The translations under genes were made by a program, and so were the position numbers. The notes beneath the pieces are model-generated. The model ran no database searches. It was given only the letters and a program-made list of their open reading frames with translations, and had not been told where the DNA came from. DNA of 62,690 nt, counting the filler, from Choristocarpus tenellus KU-1152 (lineage: Eukaryota; Protista; Phaeophyceae), in assembly GCA_964200185.2 (NCBI GenBank). It is 11 parts of 11 records of this genome, joined end to end, with 100 filler letters (N's around TTAATTAATTAA, not from the genome) between each part and the next. Parts side by side here need not be neighbours in the genome. Positions count along the whole stretch, not along the records: positions 48,843 to 56,875 come from CAXNAD020005246.1; positions 56,976 to 59,494 come from CAXNAD020027130.1; positions 59,595 to 62,690 come from CAXNAD020022355.1; 8 more parts are not named here. One strand, written 5' to 3'. Numbering within the stretch: the stretch's first letter is position 1; every line of letters begins with the position of its first letter. This document shows positions 52,301 through 62,690 of this stretch, piece by piece.

Positions 52301-53399
52301 GTGAAAGATCTCTCAAAAATCTATTTACTATTTGAATACCAGGTCATTTAAATATGTTGAAAACATGTACCTCTACATAGTATTCAGTATATTGTATTCA
52401 GTGCTGCTTTTCATGTACTGGTACCACCACTACTATACTAAAAACACAGACGTTTTGCTTTGCAAACAAACTCTGGATTAAATTAATTAGCTTCTTAGGT
52501 TAACATCCACTCCACTCGTCCTCAAACCTTGCCACACCAACTCTGCGAACACTTTGCGCTTTACCACTTACTAGCCAGTGCGGTGAATTCAAGCCACTGG
52601 TTTTCAAACACAAAACAATCCAGTCATCAACCAATGCGACCAATCTTTGTCACTGGTTTCCAATCACCATACAATCCGGTCACCAACCAATGGGGCCAAT
52701 TTCCGCCAATTGGTATCCAATCACCAAACAATACAGTCAATTTTCTTGAATCCACTCTCACGCAAATCCCCGCAAAACGCTATTAACCTCCATCCATGAC
52801 ACTGTGCAATCCTCCACAACACTCCACATTCATTCCAGAACACCCCCCAACCATCCCCTCCCATACCATACCGTGCTTTTGAACTAGAAGACATCTACCC
52901 CAACCGGATTTTGCTTTCCCCCCCCCAACATTCCACTCAATCATGAGGTTTTAGTAGGGTGGATAGGTGAGAAAGACTTGCTCGAACGTTACCGTGCTGA
53001 CAATTATGTGCAAATTCGGATTTTGTATAAATGTGTGTAGGAAAGTTTCTTAATTCTGTCGAGATTCTTGAAGCAGTAGATAAATCAACGGTCTCAGGTC
53101 ATCTTGATATACTTCAATCGTAGAAGTAAGGACGAGTTGCAAAATATGAGAAAGGTTACTTAAAATGTGAAACGGCAAAACCTGGGTACTTCTTATTTAC
53201 TTTGGTTCTTACCCGTTTATGAAGCATGTACAAATATTTTTAGGTACCACTCTCCTATCTGCGAAAAAGGTGCACAAACAATTTCCTAGTATAAATACAC
53301 TGATTTTAATCCCTTCACGATGATTTGCTTTTGTGAACACAAATTGTACAAATCACAGTGTATTGATTTGTCAGCATCTTTTCGTGTCTTCAGAAGATT

Positions 53400-53770
53400 T
53401 GCCCTACACCACTCTGAGAGAAGTTAATGGATACAAATGATCCGGATCCACAAATGAAATGAGACAACTCCTCAATCTTTGATTTGTGAGGATGTGCCCC
53501 AACGTGCATAACTCTCTGTCGGAAATTGATTTGTCCGACATGTGAAGTATTCCAAGTATTACACTCCCCGAGTACAACATAAGCCAAACAGCCTCAATGG
53601 GTGTGTAAAACATATCAAACCCATCATTAATTTGCACGTGACACAGGCAAACAACATGGGCAGTGCTGCCTCCAATTCCCAGTGACACCCTCACCAGTAG
53701 ATGATGCCATGGAGTATTTCAAAATTAATGCTCATACCCCATCTACTTGTTTAGCACACAACCTCACACC
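53400..53770 (+). pseudogene. Possible PIF/Harbinger transposase C-terminal relic
   Basis: Weak: CEVFQVLHSPST (compare FN..HS..R) and TCLAHNL (compare C..LHN); many stops. Confidence 0.25.
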
Positions 53771-53901
53771 ACTGATCATGCATAAGTGGTTAACACTGCA
53801 TTCACTCCTGGGCCCTTGTCCTATGTTTGCCTGCATTCTTGTTTTCTCTTACTGATCCAATCTTTCTTGTGACCATCCTCCTTCAACCCAATGCTTGCAC
53901 T

Positions 53902-54085
53902 GGCTTTAAAGTATCTGGGCGGGGCGGGGCGGGGCGGGGCGGGGTCTACACCAGGGTGACCAATCGGGCCCTGACCAGGAGAAGTGCATTTACATTATCC
54001 ATCCGATGCATGCAACCAAATCACCCAAAAATCGCAACATGGGACCCGAATGGACAGCCGCTACCCCCCCCAGATACTTTGAGTC
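53902..54085 (+). mobile_element. MITE family B copy with 4-bp TSD CACT
   Basis: CACT|GGCTTTAAAGTATCTGGGCGGGG...CCCCCCCAGATACTTTGAGTC|CACT. Confidence 0.88.
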
Positions 54086-54330
54086 CACTACATCGTGCAA
54101 GTGCTACCCCCTCAGACCCAGAGGGTCATGGCGCTCTGACCATCAGTTCTGGTTAGGCCCACCTGGTGACTGTGGAGTGAGATCTAAGCGAGGGTTATAC
54201 CGCCTGATTGACCGGGGCACCCTATTGGGTTTGGTGGAGGACACCACATTGCCATGACAAACTCGTGCACAGAGGTCTGCTACATTTGCCGCTCAATTGC
54301 TTTCCGAGTTATCAGGAGCGATGGTACCAT

Positions 54331-54601
54331 GAGTGAAAGTATCTTAGAGGGTACGAGGTTTGCCCTGTTTGTCCGTTTTTGGGGCTTGGCTTCCAACAGT
54401 TTTTTTAATGACATTTTCCTATTCCGAAAGTTTCGGAGAAGGTAAAAAGTATACGTTTTAGGAGTAGGTATCTCGTGTATGTCCGATACAAGGATGTTGA
54501 CACTTCCTAACAAACTTGAAGCCCAAAATTACATCAAAATCGCACCATTGAATTTTGGCCCCCAAATGGACACGACTCTACCCTTTAAGATACTTTGACT
54601 C
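54331..54601 (+). mobile_element. MITE family A copy (TSD CCAT/CCGT)
   Basis: GAGTGAAAGTATCTTAGAGGGTA...TACCCTTTAAGATACTTTGACTC. Confidence 0.92.
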
Positions 54602-55150
54602 CCGTGCCTGTGCCGGTCATGGCCTCCACATTGTTTGGTTTGATGCAAATTGGATAGTTATCATATCAAGAAGGTTAGGAGGATCAAGACCAACCGTAGA
54701 AAGAACACACAATATCTAGTTAACTCAAAAGTTGTAGACAGTTTTCCAATTCTCTTCACTCCATTTTTTTTCCTTGAGAGTTTCACAGATACTTAGGATT
54801 GTTCCTTATATCTTGACCACCTTGACAGTGCTAGCCTAGACAATGCTGCTGCTGCAACTTTGCTTCTTCCTAGATATATCTACTTTGACTAAACCTGAGC
54901 ATTATTTCAACTTTTTTTGTAGCGTCCCCCATGGAACACCTGAGTTTGTCAAAGAGACCCTTAGCATGGAAAAGTTGCGCTCTGACTGACATCCTGTAGC
55001 ATCCATCCCGTAAAAGAGACGGGCAAGCAGTGCAATGTGCAGCATGTTGGGAGTATGACCACCTGCCCTGACTTTCGGCCAAGCACTGGAGCAACACTTC
55101 TTCCAGTACGGAAGGAATCGGAGCCATTAAGGTTCAAATCCTCCCACAAT

Positions 55151-55409
55151 GAGTGAAAGTATCTTAGAGGGTACGAGTTTTGCCCTGTTTGTCCATTTGG
55201 GGCTTGGCTTCCCTCGGGTTTTTTTATGTCATTTTCCTACTCCAAAATATTTCGAAGTAGGTAAAATGTATATGTTATGAAAAGGTGTATCCGCAATAAG
55301 GATATTGACACTTCCTAACAAACACGATAGCAAAAATTACATCTAAATCGCAACATTGGATATTGACCCCCAAATGGACGCGGTTCTACTCTCTAAGATA
55401 CTTTGGCTC
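55151..55409 (+). mobile_element. MITE family A copy with 4-bp TSD CAAT
   Basis: CAAT|GAGTGAAAGTATCTTAGAGGGTA...TACTCTCTAAGATACTTTGGCTC|CAAT. Confidence 0.92.
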
Positions 55410-56492
55410 CAATACGACAAGGTACTCTCCCAGCTGCTACTTTATTGCAAGTTGAGATGGTGGAGCACCTATCCACACACAAAATGTGGCATGAGCAGCT
55501 TCTCTGCCCCCCCTTTCCAACTTCTGCAAACGCTTGGTCACACTCCGTATGTTAGCCATTCTTGACGACCAAGACGGCATACGTCAGGATTATGTGGTCT
55601 CTCTTGGGGGGATTGAGCTTTGCAAATTAATCCACACCACTGATCCTCTAGTGGAAGACTTTCCCATCTTGGAGGGCTCAATAACAGTCGCCATCGCCCG
55701 TTCTGCACCTTGATCCCGAGTTGAGAAATCAATTTGAAAGTAAGCCTCTCTGACCCTGCTGCTGTGCTGCCAGTCCCTGAAGACTCCATCTTATCAATGT
55801 CTATGAGAGCATTCACATGAGAGGATTCATCCTCCAACGAAGAAGAAAACTCGTCATTATTGTCAATTCCCCTTCCCTCGGTACTTTACACAACATTTTC
55901 CACCTCCATTATTCAGTCAAAAAAGGAAAAGGAGAAAGAGTGACCCTTACTACTGGTCGCTGTTATGCAGTAGTACAGTTGTTATGCACCTTACGTACTT
56001 CTGTCTATTTGTTGTTATGGTGGTGTGATTGCGTAATTGTTTGTGTGATCAACTACAATAACAAAACCCAGAACATCTCAGACAAAAAACCAAAAATAAT
56101 AAAAAAATAAACGTCAAGAAAATAATAATCTATTGTGGACCATGTATGTTGCGTGCTACTTCGAAGTACTATTATAACATTAAGTAGATGGATAATTACT
56201 GTAGTTAGAAGTATGTATGTTATCATACCCTTTGACATTTTGTAGATGTATCAGGGGAAAAACAAACCTACATCGTATGGACCCCTCCAAAATATCAGTT
56301 ATCGTTAATGCAAAAATTAACTCTCTAGAAATGATTTACTATTTGAACAACACAACAATGCTCCCATAAAGGTTGGGAACTACAATATGATGTGGACACT
56401 GCTGCTATACCTCTATCCTAGCTTTGCCCTACAAAGGTCGGCAAGTAGCCAGGGAGTCAGCCCAATAATCTGATTGGCCCCTTTTTGTTCTT

Positions 56493-56875
56493 TTGCCTGG
56501 TATCTCTAGCTTGAAACGCAGGGCATGGCTCGAGAGAGCAACTTGTACAGTGACAGGCGCTATTCGTCTCAAATGGGACTCGACAGCCTCTTTCCTATCG
56601 TATCCTCCTGCCCCTCTCCCCTCTATTGCTATATACAATATGGAAGATGGTAGCCCATTCACAGTGGACAGGAATTTCCGCATGGATCTGGTCTTCCATG
56701 CTGTCGCACTAACGGACGCCAGATCAGCTTCCTGCCGTGACAAAGGACTCCTGCTAGATGCTACGTTTACGGAAGTGCAGGCAACCTCCCACCTTCCCCA
56801 CTCATCCACCAGCAATGGTGTAGCTGCTGCTGCAGCTGAGGCGCGAAAGCGCACCCACTACGAGGACTCTTTTGG
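56493..56875 (+). mobile_element. Restriction-like endonuclease (RLE) domain fragment of a non-LTR retrotransposon (CRE-like)
   Basis: RMDLVF...KGLLLDATFTEVQATSHLPHSSTSNGVAAAAAEARKRTHY fits R-x-D...D-(V/A)-T...AA..AE..K..(K/H)Y; runs off the contig end. Confidence 0.75.
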
Positions 56876-57681
56876 NNNNNNNNNNNNNNNNNNNNNNNNN
56901 NNNNNNNNNNNNNNNNNNNTTAATTAATTAANNNNNNNNNNNNNNNNNNNNNNNNNNNNNNNNNNNNNNNNNNNNGGTGTCTGCATTTCCTAATCTACTC
57001 CACCGATGGTGTCTATAGTGTATCAGCAGCACTATCTACGAACAGGTATATGCGTATACATGTATACGTTGGGTGAATCATCACCACAGACAAAGCTTGA
57101 CTTATCGATTCCTCTGGAAATGTCTCCGTCCCGACAACATAAGACAATGAGAGCGCGTCGGTAGGTAGTATTTTCGCCGCCTGCCCTGAGAAGACATGCG
57201 CAGCCACTTCCACAATGTCGCGCCAGCGATGGCCTTGGGGGGCCTCCCCTCTGAGGATGGATAGACCGACTCCAGCGAGGACATCAGTGCACAATCTTGT
57301 GAAGCGGTGCTCCTTGATCTCGTCTGTGAGCTACATATATAGGTGGGCGATCGTGTTCTGTTAGGAACCCGGAAAGAATGTGCTTTGAGGATGGAAGGAT
57401 TTAAGGTTAACAACTTATCGATCTGCAATGACAGCAAGGGTGTTGTTGTATAAACAGTGATGGAGTATGCGATCAATGATTACGGGATCTGTAGGGAGTG
57501 CAAGGTTCGTGTCCATGCGTGGGCTAGGCAAACGTGAGATGATAAGGGCGAAGCGCTATTGTCGTCATGAGAACGGCGTAGCATTTTCCGTGGAGACTGC
57601 TATTTACGAAGATGCGTCGAATGGCGAACCCCGCCGACAGGGAAGGAATATTGAATATGAAACGTACCAATACCATACGCA

Positions 57682-58369
57682 GATGAAAAGGATTTAGGCG
57701 CCGACCTGAGTTAGATGTCGAAAGGGCAACCATGCACAAGTTTGTGTTTGACACAGGGCAGACAGTAATGAAGAAATTTGATTTGTTAGGTTGGACAGTA
57801 AAGGCCATCAATTTCCAGAGCACGGCAAAACGGTTGGGGGTGGTGTGTACCGATTTGGAACAAGAACCCTAAGCAGGAAAATATTAAGTTGAACCGCGAA
57901 AATGAAAGATGAAGATGAAAAGGATTTACGCGCAGACCAAGGGTTAGATGTCGGGAGGGCAACCATGCACAGGTTTGTGTTTGACATAGGGCAGACAGTA
58001 ATGAAGATATTTGATGTTTTTTGACGATAAAGGCCATCAATCTCCAAAGCACAGCAAAACGGTTGGCGGTGGTGTGTACCGATTCGAAACAAGAACCCTA
58101 AGCAGGAAAACATTAAGTTGACCCACAAAAGTGAAAGGTGAAGATGAAAAGGATTTACGCGCCAACCCGGGTTAGATGTCGAGAGGGCAACCATACACAG
58201 GTTTGTGTTTGACGTAGGGCAGACGGCAATGAAGAAATTTGATGTGTTATGTTGGACGGTAAAGGCCATCAATTTCCAAAGCATGGCAAAACAGTTGGGT
58301 GTGGTATGTACAGATTTGGAACAAGAACCCTAAGCAGGAAACCATTAAGTTGACCCACGAAAGTGAAAG
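57682..58369 (+). repeat. Tandem triplication of a unit of about 230 bp
   Basis: GATGAAAAGGATTTA starts at 57682, 57914 and 58143; the units are colinear over their full length. Confidence 0.93.
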
Positions 58370-59662
58370 CATGAGTGCACCAGTTTAAAACGAATAATGC
58401 AATTTTGGAACGTACTTCGAAGTAGAAATTTGGTATGTTCTGCCGGTTGGCAGAAGGCTACCGCGGTTTTATTACTAGGCTACGCGCGAGTGTTGATACC
58501 AACGCGCGAGCTAAATCGAGATTGCGTTGCGATGCGATACGAACCTTATCGGAAATGTTCCGATCGTATCAGAGCCCTAACACGTGCGTATCAATGGTGT
58601 CACCACGTAACATTTGACAGACGGATGTTGTGGTGCGTGGAATTGGATCGTGGAATCTTAGTTCTATTTCGGACCAGTTGTCTGATTACTCTCAACATAT
58701 GTCACTGCAACCCATGTCCCAATTTCGGTTATGTTAGGTTGCATTCATTGGAGTTAATTCTTACGATAGTCGCTGCATTGCCAGTACGTCGACATGATAG
58801 ATGTAAGGTGAAATCTGTCTCTTCGTGGATGGATTAGGTTGAGTGTTCGAGATGTAGGTACTTTATATTGGTTAGGGTTAGGGATAGGGTTAGGATCATG
58901 TGTGTTGCCTTCAGGGCTTACATTGTCAGCGACTGGGGTGGATGGGGTGATTATGGTAGGATGGAGGCTTTGGATGGTGGGCTGCCGACGGGGTATGGTG
59001 TGCATGGCATTCTGACATGGAAGTAAAGAGTTTACACGCTGCTTAGATATTGCCACGGGTGCATACGGTATTTCGACGCCCAGTCAGTGTTGGGTTAGGT
59101 CCAACGTCAAATGCGGTCGGGATCTGCGACACTGGCACAGCTGGTGACAGAAGGTGGTTTATGAACGGTTTCGATCAATCAAATTATAGATGCCAGAGTA
59201 GACATTTTGGTGATACCACTATCAACAGCTGGTGTGTACAAGGTTGTAATGGTGAGAAATACAGGGCATCGGATTTCAAAATGTTGATGATACAGTACCT
59301 ACCCCGATTTTATGCCAAATATTATGAACCAAATCGAAATATATTCATTTTTGTATCGCTTTTTTCGACATGCTAAAAAAAATAGGCTTTTGTACCGGAA
59401 TTCTTGTATTCGGGCGATTTGGCGCAAAATCCCAGAGATATTCACGCGAGTTTGGCGCGCGTGTAAAATTTTCTCGCGAAAAGTGCATTTCTTCNNNNNN
59501 NNNNNNNNNNNNNNNNNNNNNNNNNNNNNNNNNNNNNNTTAATTAATTAANNNNNNNNNNNNNNNNNNNNNNNNNNNNNNNNNNNNNNNNNNNNCCCTTC
59601 AGTGTCTCAATTTTCAGCAGGAGGCGTATAAATATTAGCCACCAGCCTTCCTTGTTGGGAGT

Positions 59663-59911
59663 GACCCAAAGTAATCGAGAGGTACCCAGGTTTTGACAGT
59701 TTCGCATTTTTTTTTGCAGTTCATCATCCATATTTCTTGGATGAAGTTCTAAGTTCGATTTGAGAGAGTTCATTTCTCTATTGTTTGAAACTTTTTTTCG
59801 ACAAAACTCAGAAAATATACTCTATAGATTGTAAAAAAAAATACGAATTTTTCACAAATTTGTCGGCACCCTTAAAATGCAACTTTCGGTACCTCTCGCT
59901 TATTGTAACTC
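59663..59911 (+). mobile_element. MITE family D copy with 3-bp TSD AGT
   Basis: AGT|GACCCAAAGTAATCGAGAGGTACC...GGTACCTCTCGCTTATTGTAACTC|AGT. Confidence 0.78.
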
Positions 59912-60920
59912 AGTTCTCTTGACGTTTTTGTGCAATATAGGCTAGGTAGTCTATAGAGTGTTATGTGTATAGTCACCGGCAGTAAACAATAGAAGTGTTG
60001 ACTAAGTAGATCAAGTGTCAAGGACTTGCTTACATATGTTTAGGATAATAACAGGTTGGAGTCTCGATGGATTGGGTTTCTATTTCAATTTAATATTAAG
60101 TGGCTGACGTAGTGTAACTGTCACAAGCATATTTCTGACATGTTTGCTGACGTACACAATAGACAATAAGAGAGAACGCCGAGGGCAATAGATAACGAGG
60201 CAGAGCACCCCCCCACCTCGAGGGATGTGCTCACTCCGCTAATATACACATCCATACAGTATAATGAAAAGACTCTATTGGAAAAGTTCTCTTTTGCATA
60301 ACTTTGTGCCTCAAAATGACTTATTCTGACCCTCAACAACGATGCTCCACCTCACATGGGAAATTTAATGCCGTACTTGTATTATATAGTACGGTTTACT
60401 GTTTGTCTGTGAACACAATCCAGGTGGTTGTCAGGCGCTGTGGTAGCTCAGAGCGGCTTTCGAAGCGTTGGCAGTGTGCATTCTATGTGATGTGACGGGA
60501 CAAATGACTACTGAAAGCCATATTTTTTGTACAGTTGGGATTTGGTAGATTTGATTGGTGAACACTGAGGAAGAAACGAGCAGTGTGTTGATTAGACAAC
60601 TCTTGAATGAACAGATGATGTTTTGTGATGAGTAGATAAGAGAGTGAGTGATGTTGATTCCTCTTTTTTTTTACCTTTGATAAAGGTTGTGTCTTCAGTC
60701 ACCCCTAGGATAAGGCCAGTAGTGACTCGGTGAATACTCAAAAGTTGTTCTACCGGAATCTGCATAGTGAGAACTTGTTCTTGGGTGAATGTCTATCTGC
60801 CTGGCTTTTCGGTCAGGTTTGGGTTTCATTGCATGTTTTATGTGTGGAATACATATAATATGGGGGAGGGTGTTGTATACAAAAAGGAGTGTGCGCAATA
60901 AACACCTCATCCTTATATTT

Positions 60921-61100
60921 GACTCAAAGTATCTGGGAGGGGGAGGGGGTCTACACCAGGGTGTCCATTTGGGCCATAACCAGGAAAAGTGCACTTACAT
61001 TATCCATCCAACGTATGCAACCAAATACCCCAAAAATCGCGACATGAAATAATTGGCCCCAAATGGACAGCCTCCACCTCTCCCCCAGATACTTTGAGCC
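60921..61100 (+). mobile_element. MITE family B copy (3-bp TSD TTT)
   Basis: TTT|GACTCAAAGTATCTGGGAG...CCCCCAGATACTTTGAGCC|TTT. Confidence 0.88.
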
Positions 61101-61879
61101 TTTGTGGTAGAAATCACCAGAGCATTTGACCGGGCCAGGCAGTTAGCATGGCCACCACCATCCATATGGTCACAGGTTAGTCCGCAGCCCCGCCATGTAT
61201 AAAAGATAAATGGCCGTGGACTTGGTCATGTTTGAGGTTGGATGTACATGGCCGGCCAGCCGCCCCAGTCATGTTGAGTAAGTAATCTGTTGGTGGAGAT
61301 CAAAGCTGTAGTTGATGAGATCTCTGTTGGTAGAAAGGCATGCATGTCATGTGAAGAGAGGTGGAGGAGATGGAGGGGAGGGAAGGAAGGGGGCTATATA
61401 TATATATATATATATATTCCACAGTCACAGGAAGCAGAAGGACTTGGAATGCAGTGTTCTCAACAGGGCCACTACAGTACAGTTGTGGAGTAATTTTTAT
61501 TATTTTCAATAAGGTACAGTACTGTACCCCCAGTTTTAAGGCAACAGCATTGATAATGTTTGAGGCAAATTCTCTTTTTTCCTCAGTAGACCTAGTTCCC
61601 ACCATAGGTCTGTATCGTACACTACAGTCATCCTCTACCATTATCATATGCCCCCCTGGTCTTAGCCCCCGTTCTCCCTACCCCCCACCTGGCTGTTAAT
61701 CATCCCTTTCCAACTGATCTTACTGGAAGGAATGATAACTACATACATTGTTGTTGTAGGCAAGGGGTAGAGAGTGAATTCATCCTGAGTATTCACTTTG
61801 TATACACTTTCGTAATAAAGAGTGTATGTCACCTTTCCAACAGTAATCCCTAACCTTAGCCGTTGCCCTCATCCCACCC

Positions 61880-62110
61880 CTGAATGTGGTGGTGGTTGAT
61901 GATGTGAGCTATCCTTTGGTGGATTTCATTTGTGGTGTTTCCAATGGCAATGCCTCTGCAGGTTTGGAAACCCCTGTGCTCCTTGTGGGTAAGTCTGGGG
62001 TGGGGTATGTAGTGGACAGCTTCAACCTCAATGTTCCTTTCTTCGAATCTAGGGTTTTGAGAGTGCTGGTAGGCGTGTTCAACTGCTTTGTCACAGGAGG
62101 GTTTCTACTC
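61880..62110 (-). mobile_element. Possible decayed LINE RT N-terminal fragment
   Basis: YIPHPRLTHKEHRGFQTCRGIAIGNTTNEIHQRIAHIINH resembles the K...D...YR(P/G)I.L.N...K...RI region. Confidence 0.3.
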
Positions 62111-62640
62111 CTTGGAATGGTGTGAGGAAGTGAGTAGGTTCTGAGATGTGTGTGTGTGGGGTGGAATGGGCGTGAAGTATTTTCCATCAATAGATCAGAT
62201 GTGTATGTCTTGTGTTTTACCAAACCAACATTATTGTGAAAAACATTATGGGTTGAACGTAATACATAGTTGCTTTTGTTATTGTAGCTGAAGTATTTTG
62301 GGTAGGCAGGTAGTTCCTAGGTTAGAATTGTGGTAACATCATGCCTACGTGCACATCACGCATACTATGTGCATGCAGGAAAGTGAATACTTGATACTAG
62401 TACGTAAGAAGTACCAGTATGTAACAGATAGTAATTGGTGTCCAACAATATCTACCCACAGTGTGCAGTAATAGTTGTACTGCACAACAAATAAATACAT
62501 GAACAAATAATTGTAATAGTGGACCTCATTGAAAGTAACATTATAACACATCGCAGGAAATAAACTGGTCGTCATCTTAAAGATAACCCGCCCCCCCCCC
62601 GCCCCCGCCCCCGCCCCCCTCTCTGAATATGAGAACATTT

Positions 62641-62690
62641 GGGTCAAAGTATCTTGGGGGGGGGGGGGGGTTGTGAGGGGGCGTCCGTTT
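62641..62690 (+). mobile_element. MITE family B-type left end at window end
   Basis: GGGTCAAAGTATCTTGGGGGGG...; similar broken ends at 25024-25043, 32703-32759, 32860-32883 and 48843-48863. Confidence 0.7.

Noticed and set aside
57013-57476. Overlapping minus-strand ORFs that might be an exon
   Set aside because: The frame and boundaries are ambiguous and I recognise no family.
9591-59594. Recurrent TTAATTAATTAA palindrome, and apparent gene neighbourhoods across it
   Set aside because: It is an artificial linker. Genes on different contigs cannot be treated as a cluster or system.

Overview
This window is eukaryotic, not prokaryotic. It consists of 11 unrelated short contigs joined by artificial 100-nt spacers (44 N + TTAATTAATTAA + 44 N). 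The contigs are 1-9590, 9691-14045, 14146-17413, 17514-21796, 21897-24923, 25024-32759, 32860-41719, 41820-48742, 48843-56875, 56976-59494 and 59595-62690. Long GT-AG introns, (CCCTAA)n tracts and the transposon types suggest a stramenopile, probably a brown alga (inference). I assembled these host genes by hand from splice sites: a partial myosin motor domain (7 in-phase exons, minus strand), a partial CCDC93, the last exon of DNA polymerase delta (missing from the ORF track), and the last exon of a divergent proteasome beta6/PSMB1-like subunit. The main highlight is a complete 4-exon gene (34886-37005, 497 aa). It fuses two tandem PhnB-like VOC/glyoxalase-bleomycin-resistance domains to a GyrI-like small-molecule-binding domain, and is a candidate bacterial-derived toxin-sequestering or detoxifying protein. 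Its two VOC domains carry introns in the same codon, offset by 1 nt. The rest is mostly repeats: a clan of at least four MITE families sharing G-R-S-Y-S-AAAGTA termini with 3- or 4-bp target-site duplications (TSDs), including nested and chimeric copies; a DD39D mariner pseudogene; decayed ITm, LINE and RLE-retrotransposon relics; and intronic minisatellites. Most entries in the ORF track are spurious.
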